Source of the DNA: Janthinobacterium lividum
GTDB taxonomy: Bacteria > Pseudomonadota > Alphaproteobacteria > Acetobacterales > Acetobacteraceae
Length of the DNA: 64,000 nt
Assembly: GCA_050920955.1 (NCBI GenBank)
Contig: JBPBQS010000159.1
Span: 2,272 to 66,271, forward strand
Direction: 5' to 3'
Positions 9,735-17,503 of this stretch are shown here, piece by piece; the first letter of the stretch is position 1, and every line of letters starts with the position of its first letter. Both the position numbers and the translations under genes were made by a program. The notes under the pieces were generated by a model. It was not told the origin of the DNA. It searched no databases and saw nothing but the letters and a program-made list of their open reading frames with translations.

Positions 9735-11680
9735 GCCGACCCCGCCGCCCCGCCTGCCCCGTCCGGTCCGGGTTCGCGTCCCCGTCGCGTGACAGCCGTG
9801 GCCGCCGCAGGCTCGCGGGCTGGGCCTGCGCGCTGCTGCTGGCGGGGGCGCCGGGCCCGGTCGCGGTGCGCGCGCAGCCGGCCGACGCCGGGGCCGCGGA
9901 GCCGGGCGAGCCGGCGGGGCCGGTCGTGGCGGCGCCGGTCGCGGCGCTGCCGGTCGTGGCGCTGCGGCGCGAGGCCGATGCGGGCCCGGACGGCGCGCAG
10001 CGTGGCGAGGCGGGCCGGGACGAAGCGGGCCGGCGCGAGACGGACACGGTCGACACCACCGGCCAGCCGGCCCCCCCGGTCGCGCCCGCGCCCCCTGCCC
10101 TGCCCGCGGACGCCGCGGCCGGACAGCAGGACGCGGCGGGGTTCGACACGCTGCTGGCCGGGCAGGTGATCGGCACCGCGCTGGCGTTCATCGCGCCGCG
10201 CTCGCTCGACCCGACCACGGTGCCGGGCCTCGCCGCGTGGGGCCTGCAGGGCCTGGCGACGCTCGACCCGTCGCTGCGGCTGCGCGTCGGCGGCGGCGTG
10301 ATCCGCCTCGACCTCGCGCCGGCCGCCACGGCGCCGGGCGGGGGTGCGGACGCGGCCGCCGAGCCCGCAGGGTTCGCGCGGCCGTTCCCGCCTGACGTGG
10401 ACGCCTCCGCCTGGGGCGCCGCGAGCGCGGCCGCGATGCGCTGGGCGTGGGACCGTTCGGCGACCCTGCGGGCGGCGGGCGGCGAGGCGCTGCTGCAGGG
10501 CTACTTCGACGAGATCTTCTCCCACCTCGACCCGTACTCCCGCTACGTGCCGCCGGACCGCGCGGAGCACGTGCGCGACCGTCTCGCCGGCCAGGTGGGC
10601 GTGGGCGTCGAGCTGGCCCGCCTCGGCGCCAACCTGGTGCTGGCCACGGTGGCGGCGAACGGGCCGGCGGCGCAGGCCGGGCTGCGCGCGGGCGACCGGC
10701 TGCTGGCCGTCGACGGCGTGCCGACCCGCGGCGCGCCGGTGGCCGCGGTCGCCGCGAGCCTGGTCGGCGAGGAGGACAGCGAGGTGCGCCTGCGCGTGGC
10801 GGGGCCGCACGAGGCGGCGCGCACGCTGGCGCTGCGCCGCGCCGTGGTGCCGCCCGAGACGGTGTTCGCCGAGCGGCGGCCGGGCGCTTCCGGCGTGCTG
10901 CTGTCGCTGCGCATCACCGCCTTCACCGCCGACACCGCGCAGCGCCTGAGCCAGGAGCTGGAGGCCGGGCTCGACTCCCGTGTCACCGGCCTGGTGATCG
11001 ACCTGCGCGGCGACCGCGGCGGGCTGCTGCGCCAGGCGGTCACCGCGGTGGCGCTGCTGCTCGACCAGGGCGTCGTGGCGACCACGGTGGGGCGCGACCC
11101 GGAGGCCTCGCGCGTGTGGCGCGTGCAGGGCGGCGACCTCGCGAACCGCCTGCCGATCGTGGTGCTGGTCGACGGGCGCACCGCGTCGGCCGCCGAGATC
11201 ATGGCGGCGGGTCTGGCGGACCAGCGGCGCGCGGTGGTGGTGGGCAGCGCCACGACGGGCAAGGGCGTGGTGCAGACGCTCACGGAGCTGCCGGACGGCG
11301 GCGAGATCTTCGTGACCTGGAGCCGGGTGCTGGCGCCGCGCGGCTGGCCGCTGCAGGGGCTCGGCGTGCTGCCGCAGCTGTGCACCAGCCTCGGCGCAGA
11401 GACCACGGCCCGCCAGCTCCGCAGCTTGGCGGCGGGCACGCAGGAGCTGGCGCCGGCGCTGCAGGCGTGGCGGGCGGCGCGGGCGCCGCTGGACGCGCAC
11501 GCGGTCGCGGAGATGCGCGGGGCGTGCCCGGCGGCGGAGGGGCGGGACCGGGACTTCGACACGGCGCGCGCCCTGCTGGGGCACCCGGGGGCGTACGCGG
11601 CGGCGCTGCTGCCGGCGCAGGAAGAAAGGTCGGGCTCTGCCCGAACCCGCAAAGGGTCTGAGGACCCTTTGATCCCTTGA
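9731..11680 (+). CDS. S41 family C-terminal processing peptidase (secreted)
   Basis: Has a PDZ segment (GLRAGDRLLAVDG), DLRGDRGG and GRTASAAEI motifs, and a signal-like N-terminus. Start is inferred as a GTG overlapping the rnr stop, since there is no ATG. The last ~20 codons run into repeat copy 3. Confidence 0.75.
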   Translation: MSRPRRPACPVRSGFASPSRDSRGRRRLAGWACALLLAGAPGPVAVRAQPADAGAAEPGEPAGPVVAAPVAALPVVALRREADAGPDGAQRGEAGRDEAGRRETDTVDTTGQPAPPVAPAPPALPADAAAGQQDAAGFDTLLAGQVIGTALAFIAPRSLDPTTVPGLAAWGLQGLATLDPSLRLRVGGGVIRLDLAPAATAPGGGADAAAEPAGFARPFPPDVDASAWGAASAAAMRWAWDRSATLRAAGGEALLQGYFDEIFSHLDPYSRYVPPDRAEHVRDRLAGQVGVGVELARLGANLVLATVAANGPAAQAGLRAGDRLLAVDGVPTRGAPVAAVAASLVGEEDSEVRLRVAGPHEAARTLALRRAVVPPETVFAERRPGASGVLLSLRITAFTADTAQRLSQELEAGLDSRVTGLVIDLRGDRGGLLRQAVTAVALLLDQGVVATTVGRDPEASRVWRVQGGDLANRLPIVVLVDGRTASAAEIMAAGLADQRRAVVVGSATTGKGVVQTLTELPDGGEIFVTWSRVLAPRGWPLQGLGVLPQLCTSLGAETTARQLRSLAAGTQELAPALQAWRAARAPLDAHAVAEMRGACPAAEGRDRDFDTARALLGHPGAYAAALLPAQEERSGSARTRKGSEDPLIP

Positions 11681-11745
11681 CTTAAGTAAAGCCATCCAAG
11701 GGGCTTCCCTTGGCGGAGTTTGAGGCGGAGCCTCATGCTTGCTTG
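11620..11745. repeat. mosaic hairpin repeat copy 3 (full)
   Basis: Same two arm types as copy 2 in the opposite order, with central CTTAAG. Confidence 0.95.
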
Positions 11746-11820
11746 ACCCGGCCGGCCACTCCCATCATGGTGCCGGCTCGAACCGCGGCAGCCCCGCGGC
11801 GATCGCGCGTGGAGTGCATC

Positions 11821-11988
11821 ATGGCCAAGTCCAACACCATCCAGATCCGGCTCGTGTCCACGGCGGACACCGGCTACTTCTACGTGACCAAGAAGAACGC
11901 CCGGGCGCAGACCGGCAAGATGGAGCTGCGCAAGTACGACCCCGTCGTCCGCAAGCACGTCGCGTTCAAGGAAGCCAAGATCAAGTGA
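11821..11988 (+). CDS. rpmG: 50S ribosomal protein L33
   Basis: The 55-aa sequence [26 protein letters not shown]... is recognisable, with a GGAG about 10 nt upstream. The longer track ORF begins in repeat copy 3. Confidence 0.95.
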   Translation: MAKSNTIQIRLVSTADTGYFYVTKKNARAQTGKMELRKYDPVVRKHVAFKEAKIK

Positions 11989-11992
11989 TCCG

Positions 11993-12014
11993 GCGGCGGG
12001 CTTTCGCCCGCCGC
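11993..12014. terminator. GC hairpin between convergent rpmG and GST genes
   Basis: GCGGCGGGC-TTTC-GCCCGCCGC, a perfect 9-bp stem 5 nt after the rpmG stop. There is no U-tract. Confidence 0.45.
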
Positions 12015-12028
12015 ACGAGAGGGCCTCT

Positions 12029-12724
12029 TCAGCGCCGGGCGAATTGTGCCCCGCCGAACATGTTCTCGCGCATCTTGTCTGTGATCGGCCCGGCGCGGCG
12101 CCGGTCCGCGAGCACCGCCATGCCACGCTGCACGGCCGGGCGCGCGGCGATCGCGTCGTGCCAGCGCCGGACGGACGGGTAGTCCGCGAGGTCGATGCCG
12201 CGTTTTTCCGGGGCGGTGACCCACGGGAAGGTGGCGATGTCGGCGACGCCGTAGTCGTCGCCGGCGAGGAAGGCGGTCTCCGACAGGCGCTTGTCGAGCA
12301 CGCGGTGCAGGCGCGCGACCTCGTTCGTGTAGCGCTCGACCGCGTAGGGCAGGCGCTCGGGCGCGTAGCTGGCGAAGTGGTTGTACTGGCCGAACATCGG
12401 GCCGACGCCGCCCATCTGGAACATCAGCCACTGCAGCGCGGTGTAGCGCGCGGCCGGGTCGGCGGGCAGCAGGCGGCCCGACTTCTCGGCGAGGTAGACC
12501 AGGATCGCGCCCGACTCGAACAGGCGCAGCGGCGCGCCGCCCGGTCCGTCGGGGTCGACGATCGCGGGGATGCGGTGGTTGGGCGTGATCGCCAGGAAGT
12601 CGGAGCGGAACTGCTCGCCGCTGCCGATGTCGACGGGCACGACCGTGTACTCGAGCCCCAGCTCCTCCAGCGCGATGTGCACCTTCTGGCCGTTGGGCGT
12701 GGGCCAGCTCCAAAGCTCGATCAT
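12029..12724 (-). CDS. glutathione S-transferase family protein (YfcG/YghU-like)
   Basis: 231 aa starting MIELWSWPTPNGQKV, with ESGAILVYLAEK. It is the C-terminal part of an artefactual 799-aa ORF. Confidence 0.85.
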   Translation of the reverse strand: MIELWSWPTPNGQKVHIALEELGLEYTVVPVDIGSGEQFRSDFLAITPNHRIPAIVDPDGPGGAPLRLFESGAILVYLAEKSGRLLPADPAARYTALQWLMFQMGGVGPMFGQYNHFASYAPERLPYAVERYTNEVARLHRVLDKRLSETAFLAGDDYGVADIATFPWVTAPEKRGIDLADYPSVRRWHDAIAARPAVQRGMAVLADRRRAGPITDKMRENMFGGAQFARR

Positions 12725-12826
12725 CGGCAGTCCTCCTGGGCGGGTGCAAAGTCGACGCACGGCGTGCGGGACAACAATTCGTTCATACCGACGTGCCACG
12801 GTCACGCCTCCACAGAAGCGCACCCA

Positions 12827-13732
12827 ATGACCGCCGGTTTCGACGAACCCTCCCTGACGCTCCCCCGCAACGACCCCGCACACGCCCAGGGCCCGGCCAC
12901 GCCGGCGCGGCGCCGCGGGACGGCGCAGGACTGGATGCTGTTCCAGCCGCGGCTGTCGCTGCAGGGCGGGCGGCTGCGCGCGGTGGAGGCGGCGACGCGC
13001 ATGCCGCCGGCGCAGGCGGGGCGCACGGCGGGCGGCCTCGGCGGCACGGGGCAGGACGCGACGCAGGGCGGCAGGGCGGCGCGGCTGGCGGCCTGGCGGC
13101 TGGAGACGGCGGCATCCGAGATCGCGACCTGGCGCGACACGGGCGCGCGGCTGTGCGTGGCGGTGCCGGCGGAGCTGCACCCCGACGCGCTGCTGACGCT
13201 GCTGGGCGAGCTCGGCGGCGAGGGGAGCTGGGAGCACCTGGAGCTGGCCTGCACGGAGGGCTGGCTGTGGGCGCTGGACGGCGACGGGGTGATGGCGATG
13301 GCCGCGATCAGCGACCTCGGCGTGGCGTTCGCCGTCGAGGACTTCGGCGAGTCGAGCGCGAGCCTGTCGCTGCTGCGCCGCCTGCCGCTCGGGGTGGCGC
13401 GGCTGCACGCGTCGATGGTGCGCGACCTGGAGCGCGGCGCCGAGGACCGCGCGGTGCTGCGCGCCATCGTCGGCGCAGCCCACGCGATCGGGCTGCGCGT
13501 GGCCGCGACCGGGGTGGACACGCTGCGCCAGTGCGACACGCTGCGCGAGATCGGCTGCGACGAGGGCGTGGGCACCGCGCTGAGCCCGCCGCTGTCCTCG
13601 CGCCAGCTCTCGCGCTGGCTCGGCGGCGCGCGGCGCGGGGGCGGGGGCGATGCGGCGGGCGAGGCGGGCGAGCCGCGCGGGCCGTCCGAGGCCGGGCGGC
13701 GCGGGCGCGCGGGGCCGGCAGCGACCGCCTGA
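12827..13732 (+). CDS. EAL-domain protein, catalytic motifs degenerate
   Basis: EAL-fold signature order is retained (QP...EAA.RM, LELACTEG, EDFGESSASLSLL, ATGVD, GCDEGVG) but key residues are substituted. Confidence 0.7.
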   Translation: MTAGFDEPSLTLPRNDPAHAQGPATPARRRGTAQDWMLFQPRLSLQGGRLRAVEAATRMPPAQAGRTAGGLGGTGQDATQGGRAARLAAWRLETAASEIATWRDTGARLCVAVPAELHPDALLTLLGELGGEGSWEHLELACTEGWLWALDGDGVMAMAAISDLGVAFAVEDFGESSASLSLLRRLPLGVARLHASMVRDLERGAEDRAVLRAIVGAAHAIGLRVAATGVDTLRQCDTLREIGCDEGVGTALSPPLSSRQLSRWLGGARRGGGGDAAGEAGEPRGPSEAGRRGRAGPAATA

Positions 13733-13785
13733 GGCTTGCCGCGACGTAACTTGCGGCGGCCCGGCGTCTGCGCCAGCGTCGCGCC

Positions 13786-14256
13786 GTGATGAGCTTTTCC
13801 CGCGACGAACCGCGCGTTCCCGACCCCTCCAACCCTGCCGGGGAGCCTGCCGCGGACGCCCGCGTGCCGGACCCGGCCGCGCCGCCACGGCCCCTGTCGC
13901 CGGCGGCTGCGGCGGCGCGTGCGCGCGACACGGCGATCGCGGAGAGCATCCTGCGCCTGGTGGCCGCGCGTGGGCCGGCCGCCTCGATCTGCCCGTCCGA
14001 GGCGGCGCGCGAGGTCGCGGCGGCGGAGGGGCGCGCGGAGTGGCACACGCTGATGGGCAACGTGCGCAGGATCGCCGGGCGGCTGCAGGACGAGGGCCGC
14101 GTGCAGATCCTGCGCAAGGGCAGGCCGGCGCCCGCCGACGTGCGCGGCGTGATCCGGCTGCGGCTCGCGCCGTCCGGCGGCGCGGCGGACCCCGCGGCGC
14201 CCGGGCCGGCCGGGGACGAGGCGGGCGGCCCGGCGGCGGACGGGCCGGCGGCGTGA
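13786..14256 (+). CDS. DUF3253 domain protein
   Basis: The ICPSEAAREV...WHTLMGNVRR...RKGRP...RGVIRLRL pattern is typical of DUF3253. Confidence 0.65.
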   Translation: MMSFSRDEPRVPDPSNPAGEPAADARVPDPAAPPRPLSPAAAAARARDTAIAESILRLVAARGPAASICPSEAAREVAAAEGRAEWHTLMGNVRRIAGRLQDEGRVQILRKGRPAPADVRGVIRLRLAPSGGAADPAAPGPAGDEAGGPAADGPAA

Positions 14257-14768
14257 GCGTGGCCGGCTGGCTGCTCGGCTTCGTGCTGCCGCTGTGCGCG
14301 ACGCCGGGCGCGCAGGGCATCGCCGTGCCGGTGGCGCCCGCGTCGCTGCGCGCGATCGTGCGGCCGGGCTCGCCGAACCACGCGCTGGCGGCGCCGGCCG
14401 GGTTTTCCCCGGTGCCCGACGTCGTCACCCCGGCCTACGCCGTGCCGCCGGCGGCCCTGCTCGCCGCGATCGACGCGGTGGCGCTGTCGCAGCCGCGGGT
14501 GTTCGCGCTGGCCGCCGTCGCGGACGCGCCGTTGCGGCGCGACTACATGGCGCGCTCGGCGGTGTTCAACTTCCCCGACCTGGTCGCGGTCGAGGTGCTG
14601 CCCCAGGGCGACGGCGCGGGGCTCGTGCTGTGGTCGCGCAGCGTCTACGGGCGCTCCGACCTGGGCGCCAACCGGCGGCGGCTGGCCGGGTGGCTCGCGG
14701 CGCTCGACGCACGGCTCGCCTTGGCGGCGTCCGCACCCTCCCCTTCCAGTTCCCGGAGTGCCCCCTGA
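14253..14768 (+). CDS. DUF1499 domain protein
   Basis: In-frame GTG overlaps the previous stop (GTGA). Core sequence is FNFPDLVAVEV...LWSRSVYGRSDLGANRRR. Confidence 0.65.
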   Translation: MSVAGWLLGFVLPLCATPGAQGIAVPVAPASLRAIVRPGSPNHALAAPAGFSPVPDVVTPAYAVPPAALLAAIDAVALSQPRVFALAAVADAPLRRDYMARSAVFNFPDLVAVEVLPQGDGAGLVLWSRSVYGRSDLGANRRRLAGWLAALDARLALAASAPSPSSSRSAP

Positions 14769-16543
14769 TGCGCGGCCTTGGCCCGTTCCTTCGCGACGCC
14801 TGGTTCCTGGCCAAGCCCTACTTCCGGTCGGAGGAACGCCGGTCCGCCTGGCTGCTGCTGATCGTGATCGTGGCGATGAACCTGTCGCTGGTGGCCATGC
14901 AGGTGGTGCTGAGCTACTGGAACAACGCGTTCACCAACTCGCTCCAGGCGAGGGACTGGGACACGTTCCTGTCCCTGCTGTTCCGTTACCACGTCGGCGA
15001 GAACGGCTCGTTCATGCCCGGCTTCGTCTACATCGCGGTCGTCTACATCACCATCGCGGTATACGCGCGATACCTGCAGCAGTGGCTGAGCATCCGCTGG
15101 CGGCGCTGGCTGACCACAAGCTTCGTCAACGAGTGGCTCGCGGACCAGGCCTACTACCGCATCGGGCTGCGCAGCACCGGCGTCGGCGTCTCCGACGGCA
15201 CCGACAACCCCGACCAGCGCGTGTCCGAGGACGTGCGCGACTTCGTGTCCTCGACGCTCACGCTCGGCATCGACCTGCTGTCCAACGTGGTCACGCTGTT
15301 CAGCTTCGTGGGCGTGCTGTGGGGCCTGTCGGGACCGATCACCGTGCTTGGCGTCACCATCCCGGCCTACCTCGTGTGGATCGCGCTGATCTACGCCGTG
15401 CTCGGCACCGTGGTCGCGCACCTCGTTGGCCAGCCGCTGGCGATGCTCAACTTCACCCAGCAGCGCTACGAGGCGAACTTCCGCTTCGGCCTGGTGCGGG
15501 TTCGCGAGAACACCGAGGGCGTGGCGCTTTACGGCGGCGAGGCGGAGGAAAAGTCGGGGCTGCTCGCCCGCTTCTCCGACGTCTACGCCAACTTCCGCGC
15601 GATCATGAAGCGCACCAAGCTGCTCAACTCGGTGGTGATCGGCTACTCGCAGGTCTCCGGCATCTTCCCGCTCGTGGTGATGGCGCCGCGCTACTTCTTC
15701 GGCAAGCTGCCCCTCGGCTCGATGTTCCAGACGGTCGGGGCGTTCTCCCAGGTGCAGAGCGCGCTGTCCTGGTTCATCGAGTCCTACGCCACGCTCGCCA
15801 GCTACCGCGCGACCACCGAGCGTCTCGCCACCTTCGGCCGCGCCATCGAGTCCGCCCGCGCCAGCGCCGCCCTCGGCCGCACCGTCGGCGTCTCCGAGGC
15901 CGCCTCCGCCAGCCCCGACCTCGTGCTCGACGGCGTCACCCTGTCGCTGCCCGACGGCGCCACCCTGCTCGACCGCGTGCACCTCGACTTCCCACGCGGC
16001 CGCAACACCGTGATCAGCGGCCGCTCCGGCACCGGCAAGTCCACGCTGTTCCGCGCCATCGCCGGCATCTGGCCGTTCGCCCAGGGCACCATCCGGCGCC
16101 CGTCCGGCACCTCGCTGTTCCTGCCGCAGCGGCCCTACATCCCGCTCGGCACGCTGCGCCACGCCGTCTGCTACCCCGCGGCGCCCGGCGACTTCGACAG
16201 CGCCCGCGTGGAGGCCGCGCTGCACGACGCGGGCCTCGGCGCGCTGGCGGGCGCGCTCGACGACGACGCGCCCTGGGGCCAGAGGCTGTCCGGCGGCGAG
16301 CAGCAGAGGCTCGCCGTCGCGCGCGCCCTGCTCCTGCGCCCGGACTGGCTGTTCCTCGATGAGGCCACGGCGAACCTCGACCCCGAGTCCGAGTCCACGC
16401 TCCTGCACACCCTGCGCGAGCGGCTGCCGGGCACGACGATGGTGTCGATCACGCACGGGCCCGGGGCGGCGGAGGCCGGCGACCGGCTCGTGCGGTTCAG
16501 CCGTGCCGCGGGCGAGCAGGGGCGGCTCGAGGAGGCCGTCTAG
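14768..16543 (+). CDS. ABC transporter ATP-binding/permease fusion (SbmA/BacA-YddA-like)
   Basis: The ATG shares 1 nt with the previous stop. N-terminal TM domain, Walker A GRSGTGKST, LSGGEQQR and LFLDEATANLD. Confidence 0.9.
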   Translation: MRGLGPFLRDAWFLAKPYFRSEERRSAWLLLIVIVAMNLSLVAMQVVLSYWNNAFTNSLQARDWDTFLSLLFRYHVGENGSFMPGFVYIAVVYITIAVYARYLQQWLSIRWRRWLTTSFVNEWLADQAYYRIGLRSTGVGVSDGTDNPDQRVSEDVRDFVSSTLTLGIDLLSNVVTLFSFVGVLWGLSGPITVLGVTIPAYLVWIALIYAVLGTVVAHLVGQPLAMLNFTQQRYEANFRFGLVRVRENTEGVALYGGEAEEKSGLLARFSDVYANFRAIMKRTKLLNSVVIGYSQVSGIFPLVVMAPRYFFGKLPLGSMFQTVGAFSQVQSALSWFIESYATLASYRATTERLATFGRAIESARASAALGRTVGVSEAASASPDLVLDGVTLSLPDGATLLDRVHLDFPRGRNTVISGRSGTGKSTLFRAIAGIWPFAQGTIRRPSGTSLFLPQRPYIPLGTLRHAVCYPAAPGDFDSARVEAALHDAGLGALAGALDDDAPWGQRLSGGEQQRLAVARALLLRPDWLFLDEATANLDPESESTLLHTLRERLPGTTMVSITHGPGAAEAGDRLVRFSRAAGEQGRLEEAV

Positions 16544-16600
16544 GAAGCCAAGGCCAGGGCTCTGCCCTGGACCCGCCAAAGGCTCGCCTTTGGAAACCCC
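16543..16600. repeat. mosaic hairpin repeat copy 4 (solo arm)
   Basis: GGAAGCCAAGGCCAGGGCTCTGCCCTGGACCCGCCAAAGGCTCGCCTTTGGAAACCCC. Confidence 0.85.
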
Positions 16601-16663
16601 GACGGGGCTTGCGGCACGGACCGCGCGGCCTGTGCGGGTCCGGGGCGCGGCCCGGCCTTGCCG

Positions 16664-16987
16664 TCAGACCAGCGCGGCGAGCGACCCCAGCAGCAGCAGC
16701 GCGCGCGGCGGGATCAGCGTGTCGTCGTGGTGGCGCCCCTCGGTGGCCAGCACCACCGCCGAGGTCGCGGCCAGCACGAGCCCGCCCCAGCCGCGCGTGC
16801 GGTTGGACACCAGCAGCGTGGCGCCGCCGAGCTCCAGCGCGCCCACGACCTGGCGGGCCTGGTCGGACCAGCCCCAGCTGTGGAACAGCGCGCGCTGCGG
16901 CGCGAAGCCGGCGATCTTGGTGGCGCCGGCCAGGCCGAAGCCGAGGCCGAGCAGGGAGAACAGGAGCGGGGTGGAGCGTTGCGACAT
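16664..16987 (-). CDS. DoxX-like small membrane protein
   Basis: 107 aa with 3-4 predicted TM segments. Paralog of the adjacent gene, sharing FSLLGLGF.AG..K and WGW motifs. Confidence 0.6.
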   Translation of the reverse strand: MSQRSTPLLFSLLGLGFGLAGATKIAGFAPQRALFHSWGWSDQARQVVGALELGGATLLVSNRTRGWGGLVLAATSAVVLATEGRHHDDTLIPPRALLLLGSLAALV

Positions 16988-16997
16988 GGTGCGGGTC

Positions 16998-17336
16998 CTA
17001 GCGGGCGGCGCGCGGCAGCAGCGCGGTCGCAGCCGCGAGCAGCAGGGCGAAGCGGGGGGTGGCGTGGCGCGACTCGCCGTGGCGCAGCTCCTCGCTGAGC
17101 ACGGCCGACGACGCCGCGATCAGCAGCGCCGCGCCGAGGACGCGCGTGGCGCGGGGCGCCACCAGCAGGCCGCCGACGATCTCGGCCGCGCCGAGAGCCC
17201 GCATCTGGTCCTCGGTCCAGCCCCAGTTGCGGAACATCCCCTCGTAGCCGCGCTGCGAGAACACCTTGTCGGTGCCGGCGACGGCGAAGCCGAGGCCGAG
17301 GAGGGAGAACCAGAACGATTTGTTGCGCTTTGCCAT
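16998..17336 (-). CDS. DoxX-like small membrane protein (tandem paralog)
   Basis: Starts at MAKRNKSFWFSLLGLGFAVAG. The longer track ORF extends upstream toward repeat copy 5. Confidence 0.6.
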   Translation of the reverse strand: MAKRNKSFWFSLLGLGFAVAGTDKVFSQRGYEGMFRNWGWTEDQMRALGAAEIVGGLLVAPRATRVLGAALLIAASSAVLSEELRHGESRHATPRFALLLAAATALLPRAAR

Positions 17337-17383
17337 GGACCAGGAACGCGGCACGGGCGGGGGTTGTTCCCGAGGCAAGGCAA

Positions 17384-17503
17384 GGAAGCATGGGCGCTGC
17401 CCAAACCCGCAAAGGGTCCGGGGACCCTTTGATCCCCTTACTTAAGGGATGCGTTCCAAGGGCGCAGCCTTTGGCGGAGTTTGAGGCGGAGCCTCAACCT
17501 TCC
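17384..17503. repeat. mosaic hairpin repeat copy 5 (full)
   Basis: GGAAGCATGGGCGCTGCCCAAACCCGCAAAGGGTCCGGGGACCCTTTGATCCCCTTACTTAAG + GGATGCGTTCCAAGGGCGCAGCCTTTGGCGGAGTTTGAGGCGGAGCCTCAACCTTCC. Confidence 0.95.
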
